This document shows positions 14,691 through 26,627 of a stretch of DNA of 64,000 bases, in pieces. This stretch comes from Marsupella aquatica (taxonomy: Eukaryota > Plantae > Marchantiophyta). The stretch covers positions 26,214,798 to 26,278,797 of the forward strand of contig OZ316893.1 in NCBI GenBank assembly GCA_973895155.1. Direction: 5' to 3'. The first letter of the stretch is position 1. Each line of letters opens with the position of its first letter. The notes beneath the pieces were generated by a model. It did not search any database. It was given only the letters and a program-made list of their open reading frames with translations, and was not told the DNA's origin. The translations under genes were made by a program, and so were the position numbers.

Positions 14691-15338
14691 AGCTGCAGCG
14701 CATGACACACATCGAATAGTAAGGTCGTGCCTCTAAAACACACTTCATACGGGACTTGGAAGAAAGAACACAAAAAATAACAAATAATGCAGCAACAGGC
14801 TCTACGACCTTACCCTAATCTTGTTTAAAGCATGCTTCTTATATGTAGACAACATACGGGGCTTCATACAAACAACATTGAACATAATGGGAATCACCTA
14901 GCATTACCCTAATCTGGCTTAGTACCTGCTTCTTAGTTCTAGCCATATACTTGTGCAAAAATGGCGTATAGCAAACGTTGGTCCTGTTGTAAGTAGACCA
15001 GACCGACGTGTGTCAGTCTGCACGAGGCCCGGTCAAAGATACTGCAATCCTTATCCTGTGTCACTCACTCACGAAACCAGGTTAGGATTGAACCAAAGAC
15101 TAGAGCATATGTATTTGTAAATGAAACATGTGCGGGAAAGTACGCATGATACATGGACAAGGAATGAGTAAGGTGACTTCGAAGACTCAGATGATCAAAA
15201 GTGCCTAAACGCAATTCAACGTTGGATTCATCTGCACGCATTAACAGTGGCCTTGTTTACATTGTGGGCAGTCCTAGTAAAGTTGGAAACATTCGTCACA
15301 CACAAAAGCTGGTACTGCTATACATCTCAGTGGAAACT

Positions 15339-16199
15339 CTAATCTTTGTTGCCCCGAGAGGAGTACATGTCTAGTGATGCACTGAAAGCATTGGCTAGCC
15401 TCTTTACTACGGACACCATGTTTCCGGTGTCCTCTAATTTGTCACTCGCACAATCATCATCTACTGCACTAATAGCTTCGGAAGTGGAAGTGAAAGCTAT
15501 CGACGATGTGCTTGTCTTGTAATGCGATCGTGCCTTGGAATTTGACACTGGCGGAGTGATAGGGACAACATTCACAGCGATCCTTGGTGGAGCGGTGTGA
15601 ACAATAGCAATCGGGACTGGGGCGGGAGAAGGGACCCTTGATGAGGGGCTCCATTGGGCACCTCGTCTTGGTGTCAACGATGGCTGCCAAACACGACTGT
15701 GCTGCAACACACTGTTGTTGGAAATGATGTTGAGTTCTTGAACGTGAACTACTCCGCGTTGCAGCCTAAAAGTGACATTGCAGACAGGTAAATCCTTTGT
15801 ACAGTTGTGGACTCGCTGGAATTGATCATGGGGTTCCATAGCTGCCAATGTAGGGGCAGACATGTCCAATAGAGAAGCAGCTAAGTCCCAAATTGAAGCA
15901 CAAAGTGCAGGCTGCCCAAAATTTGTCTGTAAAGTGTCATCTGACACAATGACCTCAAAGCAAAACATATGAACATAGTTACCATTCTCTGCCAAATCAT
16001 GGAGGCAGTGCTTGTGATTCGGCCCATCAATAGACACCTTACACATTCCAATCCGAGTCCTCTCAGTGCATCCACGATACATAAATTTCCTTGGGAAAGG
16101 ATTTCGAGCTACAAAATTGAGGACTCGGACGTGCATTGGGCCCACAATTCGGGTCTCTGCATCGATCACAGCACGGTAGACGTCGCTCAAGGTGGCCAT
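15339..16199 (-). CDS. RPA1 C-terminal-like (Rep_fac-A_C, DBD-C OB-fold) protein with S/P-rich tail, inside the TIR element
   Basis: Open ORF from ATG 16199. The pattern MYRGC...CK...C...Y.HMFCFEVIVSDDT...SIWDLAASLLDMSAPTL matches RPA1 DBD-C (YxAC..C.K, Y.L.v.i.D.T, F...ae.llG.sA.eL). Confidence 0.7.
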   Translation of the reverse strand: MATLSDVYRAVIDAETRIVGPMHVRVLNFVARNPFPRKFMYRGCTERTRIGMCKVSIDGPNHKHCLHDLAENGNYVHMFCFEVIVSDDTLQTNFGQPALCASIWDLAASLLDMSAPTLAAMEPHDQFQRVHNCTKDLPVCNVTFRLQRGVVHVQELNIISNNSVLQHSRVWQPSLTPRRGAQWSPSSRVPSPAPVPIAIVHTAPPRIAVNVVPITPPVSNSKARSHYKTSTSSIAFTSTSEAISAVDDDCASDKLEDTGNMVSVVKRLANAFSASLDMYSSRGNKD

Positions 16200-16509
16200 T
16201 TTTGCTCCCACAACGATGACAGATTGGAATGAGACAACTTGCCTGAATTGGTCTTAAACACTGCACCGTGCACGTTCACCCTGCGCAAACGAAACAACCT
16301 TCAGAATTGTGTCGATCAGAATGATTGGCAACAATGTAGCAGGGCTGAACCCGATTCGATGCAAAGCACAGCTGACCTCCGCCACCCTAAACCCTTCTGT
16401 ATCGACCCTAAAATGTAAGGCGACGGAGCAGCTGGAATGCCAATCTAATGTGCAAATACCCTTTGAGGCACATTAAGGCCTCAACGTACGTCGAGTACAT
16501 TCAATTTGT

Positions 16510-16880
16510 GTGAATACAGCTCAATTTAGTTGCCAATGGGCGACAGCAAAATACAGTCCCATCGATGGGTGTTTAGCGTGATGGGCGTAAAGCGTGACGG
16601 GCGTAAAGCGTGACGGGCGTAAAGCGTGACGGGCGTAAAGCGACGGGGTGCGGGGGATTTGCGACGGGGTGCAGGGGGATCGCGACGGGACTGCGGTGAG
16701 GGACAGGGCCGAAAGGCAATGGACAGGACCATCGTTGTTTAGGTGCAGCCCCGGGTGCAGCAGAGCCCTCTGGGCAGCCTCTACGTGTCACCCTCGCAAT
16801 GCCCAAACAACCCCAACGCTGCCCTGACTAGTACAATCGAGGCCTTAATGTGCCTCGATGTTGCCCCTCGTCGTGAATGA
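16510..16880 (-). repeat. Right terminal inverted repeat (~371 bp) with an expanded internal 16-bp repeat GGGCGTAAAGCGTGAC
   Basis: Reverse complement of 6156-6499. Confidence 0.95.
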
Positions 16881-18564
16881 TGTGTCTAGGCTTGAGAGTC
16901 ATAAGAATCTCAATTGAAAGCTGAATTATGATAATGGACACTAGTTATTACAGTTTGATGCCTTGTTGAATATGTTAACCCCTTGGGTAAACTTCATGTA
17001 CGTTGTAGTGGTCTATCAAAGTATCTTGTAAAATACTATGGTATATCAGAGCTTCAGTGGAATAGGTGGAAACAAAACAGTTGTACATAAATATTTGTGT
17101 GATTCTTATACATGGCTTTATCCAAACAGAGATCTGACCACATTTCCTCTAGGAGAGTTATTTCTTCATCAAACTCAGGGAGGAAATCAACGTGCACACT
17201 CTTTCAGGGGGAATGAAGGGAGAAGCCTTTTTTTATGTGCAAGCCAACTAAATAGTAAAAGAGAATTGTTGAGTAATTTTTACAGGTGGGGTAAAGAACC
17301 AATTTGTTTTCCGTTGTATCGTGTACCTGCTAAGTTTGGCAAATTTCCCCCCAGAAAGACAACTTAAGCTTTTCTAGAGTGCACCTGAGTATGACGTTAG
17401 GATAAATTGGTGCTTTTTTACTTACTCGGGTTTACAAAAACCTGGAAAAAACCTGAAAACAAAACCATTTTTTACTATCCTATCTCCCAAACTGGCCAAA
17501 ATTACTAATCTATCCCCAAAACTAGTTCCATTAGCAGGTTGCACTGAGGTTGCCTAGACTAACTTGAGATGGAATGTGATTGGTTTGTGGAAACATGGAG
17601 GCTTGGGATTCACCTCAGACAACCCTCAAACTGTGTCCTAACCCTGGATGGGTTCCCCGTTCCAACACTCACATGAATGCTGTTGTTGAGTATTGTCTAC
17701 AAGGACAAACTAGCACACTTTGGACACCCTCGCTATCCTCAACTGTCACTGTTTAGACGGGTGAGGTTGGATAAATTATGAGCCTCTACGAGTCCATCGT
17801 AATTACATGAGACCATATACATGTTATCTTGAGTTAATTTAGTCTTTTAGCCAAATTTGTATACAATCTGATAATTAAATTAGCTTAGTTTTGGGGTCAC
17901 GAAAACGAAAACAGGGAAACGATTAACCTGATATTTATCTTCATTTTGGGGACTCGAACATTTAAAAAACACAAAAACAAAATTGTTGGATCCTACAACA
18001 AGCAATGCACTTGCACGAGAACAGAATCTATATATGTGGAACAAAAGGCGCCATAGGTGGAAACAGGATCCCGATGGCAAGGGATCCAATAAAGGGAAGA
18101 AACAAAGGAAAAAATCAAGATGGAAGAACCAAAAAGCTAAGGAGGGAGGACTGCCCTAGAGCCCTAGGGTACAAACTGAAACGCCCTCAGAATCTATAAG
18201 CCAAAGCCATGATCTAAGGAATGTTGGAAGGGTATTCACTTGTAAGTATATTACATAGTACAGAATATATAAAGTATTTCAGAATCTGAAGTATATTCCA
18301 TTGGGAATGCACACATCTTGTCTCCTGTGAGTGAGTTTACTTTGGGGCAGGGGGTAGGGTGGGCTGAAAACTGGGAAGCACAGGGTCAGCTGAAGAAAAA
18401 TAGATACATAGGTGGACTTGGATTGAGAATGAGAGTCAGAATGAAGCTTATCAATGTGAATTGATTAGCCCTTACGTAGCTGCCCGCTGCCTGTGTCTGA
18501 CTCCAATATTAGGTTAAATACTTGGGCACGAGTGAATGAGGTAGTCAGCTGAGCCCAGGTGGGG

Positions 18565-18620
18565 TGGCAGAGTAGCTCAATGGGACAAGGCAGGTTCTGG
18601 TTTGAGTCCTGCCGTGCAAG
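18565..18620 (+). mobile_element. Degenerate tRNA-derived (SINE-like) head
   Basis: A-box-like GTAGCTCAATGG and B-box-like GGTTTGAGTCC; too short and degenerate for a functional tRNA. Confidence 0.35.
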
Positions 18621-19264
18621 TTGTTCATCTCACCCAAAAGTGGGGCTCGATTAGTTACACTTAGAAAATTTTAGAGACAGCAAGGGGAGTGGGCAGCTAT
18701 GTACAGAAGGCTTAGCCTTGAGATTGTCTTTTGTGCTTAATGTGTATTTTTGGGCTAGGCCAGGAGGAGAGAGCCAGAGAGGTCAGGAGGCAATGACAGG
18801 CATGGGGCTTCCTGCTGTTGCAATAGGGCATCTCAAACCAGTTGTTTCTCGCAATGGGTGAATTTGTGACATTGATCCTAAAACAACTTTTGGGCAAACT
18901 TTATTGATGGGGTTTACTTTATCCACTATAACAACTTCATCAACTGAGTCATTTTTCTGAAGGGCGATGACACATTTGCACAAACCAAGTATTGTTCTGG
19001 GCACCGATGCAATGATGCAAACTAGTTATTCAGTGGAGATTTTATGTGATTGGAATACTGCGGGCCAGGTTAGGGGTCAACGATCTGCCTTTCCCAAATG
19101 CCACCACCGGGTCATTGCATCGGTGCCCCAATCAAGTCAAGAGAGGATCATTGAGTAAAGTGGAGCAGAAGGAGGCCATGTACAGACGGCTGTTGCTAAA
19201 GGGGGCTTCACAAGAAGTCGGCAATTGGTCTCTTGTGTTCTATGTGTGAGATGCAATCATTGTC

Positions 19265-19435
19265 AAGAGATATACTTGATGGACCCCAACTAAAATAAAA
19301 AGTGTTATTTGATGGATCCTTGCATGATCCAGACAGTTAATAGACCTTAAATCAATGTTCCCAAAATCTCATGGGGCATCATGGGGTCCATCAAGGACTA
19401 CTTTTCAATCTAGGGGTTTATCAAGTATATCTTTC
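19265..19435. mobile_element. Mutator-like MITE, 171 bp
   Basis: Imperfect ~60 bp TIRs (AGATATACTTGAT... / ...ATCAAGTATATCT), flanked by AATCATTGTC / AATCATAGTC (10-bp TSD, 1 mismatch). Confidence 0.7.
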
Positions 19436-21053
19436 AATCATAGTCATTAAAATGTGTGAAGAGCCCAAATTTCACTTTACATGAACTTGGAGGCACAATC
19501 TGGCAAAATCATTTCTTGTCCTAGTCACCTCCTTGTGGGTCCCTTTTTTTTGCTGATGCGTGTATGTTTCATGATCAAAAACTTAGCATCTTGCAAGTAT
19601 TTTCTCCAGTCAATTTAATTTTAGTGTAGCAGTGGACCTCAATTTAGTTTACAATGGGTGAACAATAGCTCTTTGTGCCCCCCAGTTGTTGTAAAGGCCA
19701 CTTAATCTGCTCTCCTCTCTCATCCTGTGTGGGGTCAAAGAACAAAAAAGGGAGGGACAACATGGTTTGGATGGCTGACATGTATTACTAACAATAATTT
19801 CTAAATTTTTCATGGGATATTTATAAGTTTAATATTGAACTTAAAACAGATTCTGGGTATGTTTTGATCTGCGCCATCTATATTCTGTAAGAACTTTGGA
19901 AAAATAAGGGCACAGCTAAACTCAATTCTTGGCCCTTTAACTCATGATTAACATGTTATGTTTTTTAAAGGAGCACTTTACTGAACAATTTCAAGGTCTC
20001 CCCAAATGTCTGCTGTTATGGTATCAACAGGTAACGGAGTTTTAAGCAAGATATGTTAAAATGATAAGGGGTATTAGATACCTTGCTAAAACTCCCACAA
20101 TATTTATGAAAGACGTGTCTGTCTTGCCTTTCGTTGCCAAACTTAATACCAGTGCCTTGTTTGCCTCGAGATTTTCCTGTCACTGTGTCTATTGTAAATA
20201 GACACCATGTGGTATGGAAAACCACATGTATGGCCATACACAAGATGGGGTGGGAAGGCTACACACATGACCTTGCCTTTGGGAGGAGCCTAAAGGGTCC
20301 CTTTTGTGTTCTGGGCAGGTGACAGTTATGGAGCGTCCAGAAGCCTCTACTTAGCAAAAAGTTTTTATGGTCACATCATGATTGTTAGATCTATGTATGG
20401 TCCAATCTGGACCACTGATTTTGGCACAAAAAACCACTAAAACCCTCTTTGTATCATTTGCAAGCCATTTTACTTTGTAGCAAAAGTGCAAAACTTTTCA
20501 CCGAAAGGATACACTGCTAGGAACGTTCTCTGTTCTATGTCCTCGTCCATCCCATTCCCGTTGTCAGGATCAACAAGGAGCCCTTCATGTCCACAAACCT
20601 GTCATCATGGGTCAAGTCACAAATTGACAACCCCTAATTACTAGGGGAAAGGGGGCCATTGAGGCCATTCTGCCAAATTAAACTTGTGCATATGCGTAAG
20701 AAATCACAGGAAGGGCACCCCATAACCACTCAATAGCATAGTCTACATATAAAATCACTGTTATAAGTGAAATTATGGTTCACTCTAGGGGGTAGGTAGA
20801 ACAAAGTCCAATAAGGAATTCCAGCAAAGATTAGCCTATAATATGCTCTAACTTTGTCTCATAAATATATTGTGAATACCATCATGCCCATTCCAACCCC
20901 TACCTTACATGTGCCCCAAGAGTCATGATCTAAAGAAGCACTAGACCATAGGCTCTTATCCTGGATTTTGATTGCTCTTTAAATTGTTAGAGAGATAAGG
21001 ACTGAGTGGTGACCTTATCGTGAATGCCATTGGACTAACAGGTTAGATGGTGA

Positions 21054-21981
21054 ATATACACACTTTTTATATACAAAGGGACCAAACAGAGTACAAAAGA
21101 ACAAACAAAAGAGGGCCCAAGTGGACAAAACCAAACGAAAAAGAAGTGAGCAAAAGGGAACCACTAAACACCAAGAAAGAGGAACTAAAAGTAAGAAATG
21201 AGCAATAGGGAACCCCTAAAAACCAAGAAAGAGAGACTAAAACTAACCCAAGCGGACCGAGGTCCTCATCATTCCTAGCTAATGGTCCACATCAAGGGTC
21301 AAAACTAGATCGGCAAGGGGGATTGGAACATCCTCTAGGGGAGCTAGCCGCTGCGGAGGCACACTAGCACCCACTGTAAGAGAGCGACGATAGATGGCCC
21401 GAGCTTGAGCACGCTGTAAGGTGACTGAAATGCGTTGGCGAAAGTGCGTGGTCAAAACAGAAAGCGGGGGTCCGGAGGGACCCATTCGGCCATGAACATC
21501 CCGGGCAGCTTGCCGAAGAAGCCCATCAAACTGAGGATGAAGATGCCCAAATAGCTCCAGAGCAAGGGGGAGGAAGCTGTCGGATGAAGCTCGTGCAGCA
21601 TATTTGGCCTCCTTCATTGTTGCCGCACGTGACGCTGCTGCCCCTGCCGTAGTTGCCGCTGTCCCGATGATGTCTTGGCGCAATGGGTTGGCCACCACTA
21701 CATCTGCCAAAGTACGTTGACCCTCATGGACCATGGTAAGATCCACCCGTAACCGCTGTGATGGAGGACCAGGTAACTGGAGTACCACCTCCCGCTGCAC
21801 GCATACCAAAGAGCCAGAGAGAACCTGAGCAGTCGCATCGCGCACAGCGTCGTGAACAATAATGGTTTCACCTCCCAAACTGCACCAAAGAAGATGGACA
21901 CCTGTGGCATCACAAGGCTTCCCACAAGTGCAAGAAGGAGGTAAACCTGCAAGAAGTGGGTGGGGCAGCCCCATACGAAGA
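21054..21981 (-). mobile_element. 5'-truncated RLE-type (CRE-like) non-LTR retrotransposon, copy 2
   Basis: Near-identical to copy 1 with the same 3' end. The C-terminal ORF is open to the stop at 21279. Confidence 0.8.
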
Positions 21982-23005
21982 ATGGTACAACCTGCCTTAA
22001 AGTTGAGGTAAAACAACCTTCACTTTTCCAACCCCATGGGTATCAATGGAGCGGTGCACACATGTAATCCAACCATTCCTCAAAATTCAATAAGTTTTGC
22101 ACCCAGCCACCTTAGCAGAGGGAAGAAAACAAAAGCTTGCAGCACCCACGAGGTGAAGTATTGAGAAACAATAATAAACAAGAGAAAGGGAAACCGTAGA
22201 AGCACCTAGTCGAAGAAGACAAAATACAAGTAGAAAATGGAAACCTTAGAAGCAGTGAAGAAGGAGCAAACTCTCAACTTATAAAAAATAGCGCCCACCA
22301 TTGTCTTGGAGGAGGGAACAAATATCATTCGGCAGCACACCATTTTTATTTTATTTTTTGCCTGGAAACTGTTGTTTTATTGATCTTAAAACAATCATTA
22401 GGCAGCCCACCATTTTTGGTTGGTTTGCTTGGGCGTAAATTCTTACTACACCCCACCATCGATTAAATTTTTGGTAGGGCGACAGCAAAAATATTCATTG
22501 AATTGCCTTTTTATTCTTTAAATATTGAAGGAGGTGATCGGGGGATCACTCCACCCAGCCCAGGGTAGATTCACTTTTTCATTCTATTGACATTTTTTTT
22601 AACCCTTTGATTTTCTTAGATTTTGAGAAGTACCGTTAGATCCGATGAGTACCTCCCCAGTAAGGAGGTACACATATGGCAATTCCACCAGGAGTATATT
22701 TTCTTATTTATTCAACTGTGAGATTGTTCTAGATTTGACAAGGACCGTTCAATCTGGCAAGAAGCTCTATGAGGGAGGCAAGTCTATCACTTACGCAATT
22801 GCATTGGTCAAGCTTTTGCAAGTCTGCCACTTTATTTCCCAAAAGATCTGGCCACCATGAACAAAACCAAAATTTAGAGGAAAACGGAAAACCTGTGAGC
22901 ACCTCAAAGCTCTTGGTTTTGGTTCCAACATGATCATGCAGGTTCCCGGAACTAAAATGGCAGACTCACAAATTGATGGTTTACCACTTGTGACCAATGT
23001 CCACC

Positions 23006-23235
23006 ACTGACACTTTCACCATGAAATAGTTTAGGGGCTCCTCAGGTCTGAGACACTCTATTCTAACGTTCATCAAAGCCCCCACCCCCTAAAAATTAAA
23101 AAAACAACCAAAAACCACAACTGACACTTTCACCAGGAAATGGTTTAGGGGCTCTTCACGTCTGAGACACCTTATTCTAACGTTCATCAAAGTCTCTCAC
23201 CCCCCCCCCTTCCCAAAACAAAAACAACCAAACAA
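23006..23235. repeat. ~114 bp tandem duplication
   Basis: ACTGACACTTTCACC...TATTCTAACGTTCATCAAAG...AAAACAACCAAA occurs twice. Confidence 0.85.
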
Positions 23236-24694
23236 ACCCCCAAAAAACTGGTCGCTGACTATTTTTTCTGGGTAAGAATTTGGCGGAAATTCGCACCAAA
23301 GGAAAGAGCAGCTGGGCAGCCGGTCAAGCAAAGCAGTCAAGCCGTCAAGGGAAGGAAGAGGTCAAGCCCGCGGTACCCGGCCCTGAGGTAGCGGGCCGTC
23401 CCCTGGGCGATGTCCCCCAGGAGACTAGGCGAAGCCAAGCCGTGTCGTGCCATGTGGTCACGCGGCCCCTCCCGAGCGACTGGCCCCTCTTCACCGGACC
23501 TGAGCTTCGTTCGTTTTTCGGCTGCGAACCAAAACCACATAACAAACCAGACCAAGCCCAACATCGGGAATGCGGAACGCGGAACAACGAAGCTCAACAT
23601 CCTGACCGCTGTAATAATAATAAATTATATTTACTAAAAATCCTCTGCCCCCAGATTTTTGTCCTCTTCGTAACGTTCTTCGTTCTGCGAGCTATCAAGT
23701 TGACTTTTCAATAATGCTAGACAACAAAAAAACGCATGAACTTGCGATGAAATCTCCAAAGAGTTGGGGTCAGAACGGAATTAACAAGACAGATTAGTCT
23801 TCAACGACAAAACAGAAATTCACAAGAAATTAGTTGGGGGTGGTCTCAGAATGATCGGTCCTCTGGAATAGAAGGACACTAAAAGGCGTCTCAAACAAGG
23901 CCTTTCCTTTTTTCAGTCAGCAATGCGTGAAATTCTGTCCGCGACCATGACCAAAATCCCAAAATTTTCCAGTCAGCAATGTGTGAAATGTTTGTACGCA
24001 CAGTGACCAAAAGTCCAACTTATGGGTGAACTTGCACCCACAACTCAACATGATCAGTTTTAAATGGGTGTCTGACAAATTTTTAAGGCACTGGCAAATT
24101 TGCACAAAAGAATATATGGTGTAGGTGTTGGTGCACTGACTTCCCAAGTTAATGATGGTCGCATTTTGGGAAGCACAGATTTGTTGGTCTTCAGTCTTTG
24201 CTCTCCAGTTTACTTTCTTGACAAAACTCACAAGTTCTCCATTACTTTATTTAGGGGACTAACATTTTTAAGGTTTCCTTCTTCATTAAAATGATTTGTA
24301 TTATTGTCCCAAGTTTATCTTTGAACTGGGGTCAGCTTTGGGGAGGAGAGAAGAGGGGAAATGTTATACTTTCTTGACAACACTTTGGCCTTATTTTAGT
24401 AACTTGCATCCACCAAGTTTTGCATGGGCTAGTAGAAAGAATTGGCCCTTCAGTTTGCTTCCGTGGAAAAAAGTCACAGCCAAGTTTCCCTGACTTCGTG
24501 TAAAACCACCCTTGGACTGCCTCTGGAGGTGCTACAAATATTGGACCATTGATTTAAAGAGATTTGCATTTATTGCATTTCATTTCAAAATAAATATAGG
24601 GTCTATCTTTAGAACAAAAAGTGTCCTTTTGAAAAAATGTCATAAATGATTTGATTTTAAAGCTACCCTGGACAAGAGACTGATTTGAAACATA

Positions 24695-25370
24695 GTGCAC
24701 AAGTGCCCCACAGCCAAGATCGGAAGAAAGTCAGAAGCGCCCCCAAGATCGGTCACCAGTACCCCTAGATAGACAAGAAGTCCCCAGTGCCCCCAAGATA
24801 GGAAAAAAGTCACAAGTGCCCCCAAGACTGAAGAAAAAGTGCCAGTGCCCCCAAGACTGGAAAAAAGTCACGGTGCCCCCAAAGATAGAAAAAAGCCACC
24901 AGTCCCCCGAGACAGAAAACAAGTCACTAGTTCCCCAGAGTCAGGCAAAAAGTAACAAGTGCCCCCCAAGATAGGAAAACAATAACCAGTGCCCCCAAAA
25001 TAGAACACAGTCACTAGTGCCCCCAAGATAGAAACAAGTCACACAAGTGCCCCCAGAATAGGAAGCACGTGACAAGTGCCCCCCAAATTAGGGATACAAA
25101 TTTACCATGCCCCCAAGGTAGAGAAAATTCGCCGTGCCCCCAAGTTAGAGAAAATTCACCCTGCCCCCAAGCTAGCAAAAAAGCCCTCACCGCTCACCCC
25201 CTCCCCCCAACACAGGAAAAAAGCCACCAGTCCCCTTCAAGTCAGGCAAAAACTCACCAGTGCCCCAACACAGGAAAAAAGCCACCAGTCCCCTTCAAGT
25301 CAGGCAAAAACTCACCAGTGCCCCAAGATAGGGGAAAAGGCACAAGTGCCCTACCCCAGTGCCCCTGTTG
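24695..25370. repeat. Degenerate ~30-35 bp minisatellite (CACAAGTGCCCCCAAGATAGGAAAAAAGT consensus)
   Basis: About 20 recognisable GTGCCCC(C)AAG-containing units; one similar monomer at ~29801-29825. Confidence 0.85.
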
Positions 25371-26627
25371 TAAAGCCACCACCCCGAACAAGTGAACAAG
25401 CAAGCAAGCAAAGCAATTAAGCCAGCCCGCAAGCAAAGCGAATTGAGCGATTAGGAGACGATTAGCTCGTCTGAGCCAGGGAGTATTAAATGAGGGTCCA
25501 CTCTACAGTGCTGTGTTCGTTCCGGGGCCACACAGTCACACACACACGCACACACTTGCTTTGTCGTTTGAGCTATTTTTACGCTTTTCACCCTGTGGAC
25601 CGTCAATTCTCTCCGCTTCTTTCTGCGCCGCGGAGCCCACCGCCTCGCTCGCCACGCCCCCTCCAGCCTATATGGCGTCGACCCCCCTCTCGTGCACTCG
25701 GCAATTGTGCGATTTCACATTCACATCCGATTCACATCCGGCTGTTGGCCTACACTACTAGTGCGATCGCGAAGCCCAGGCTGCTGCCATTCGGGCGATC
25801 CAGTCTAGCCTAGTTGCCTGCCTGCCAGCGTGCACGCACGGCACACGCCTGTCCCCTTACATCGCCCTGATTACCTTTCCATCATCACTCCCCGTTTTTC
25901 AGCGGCAGCGGGATCCGTTGCTTTGCGTAAAGTCAGACAGCTGAGATTGAGCTTCTTCCGTCATCGCCCCTTCTGTTGTTGTTGTTGTTGAGTGTCGCTA
26001 GAGCAGCAGCAACTGAAGATTTGTTTGCGAGTGGCAAAGAATTTCATGATTGCAGGAGCTCTAGTGAGAGGATTTCGGTGGCGAAGAATGACCCCCGACC
26101 ATCGCTTACCAACGGGTGATCGTATCGTAAAAGTTTCGAGGCTCTTTGCCTCAGCGATTAGGAATTTGGGTTTCAAGCTGAATTAGTTGGGAGCGCAATG
26201 ATGACGATGATGATGGTGGCGAAGGAAATGTAACGCGGTGTTGGCTATAGACGTTTTGCTGCAGTTAGAAGTCAGTGATCGACGCTGACGATCGTGGAAC
26301 TTTTGATCATCTCTCGGTTTGAGCAAGGGTGGAATCGTCTTCCTGTACGTGTGGAGGTGTGACAAAATGCAGTAGTACAGTGTCGTGGTTTTACACAGCG
26401 CCGTCAGAGGAGGACAACTGAGCTCTGATCCTTGGTCTAAATTGATGTTGATTTAGGACAGTGTCCCAAGAAAAGTGCTCACAAGTACTTGCTCGTCGAA
26501 GTATCGACTATCGGAACTTACTGCGGAGTTCCTACGACTATCCGGTTGAGAATATTTGCATTTGTCCACCCAGATTTTCGATTTGGTGCAGTCAGCTAGT
26601 GGGGAGACAGCAGCAGCAGCAGGGATA

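Larger units (their letters stand above)
6156..16880 (+). mobile_element. 10.7 kb Mutator-like (MULE/SWIM) DNA transposon with long TIRs and three genes
   Basis: The terminal 20-mers TCATTCACGACGAGGGGCAA (6156) and TTGCCCCTCGTCGTGAATGA (ends 16880) are exact reverse complements. TGTG flanks both ends (6152-6155, 16881-16884). An internal transposase gene is present. Confidence 0.9.

Noticed and set aside
15000-16450. Nested Helitron as the source of the RPA-like gene
   Set aside because: No Rep/helicase ORF and no convincing TC...hairpin-CTRR boundaries seen; cannot be fully excluded.
24695-25420. Repeat array as CRISPR-like, or ORFs 25069/25076 as genes
   Set aside because: Units are degenerate tandem monomers without unique spacers, the context is eukaryotic with no cas genes, and the ORFs are repeat by-products.
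26556-26627. TTG start of the GRAS ORF given by the ORF track
   Set aside because: Eukaryotic gene; the first in-frame ATG is at 26628.
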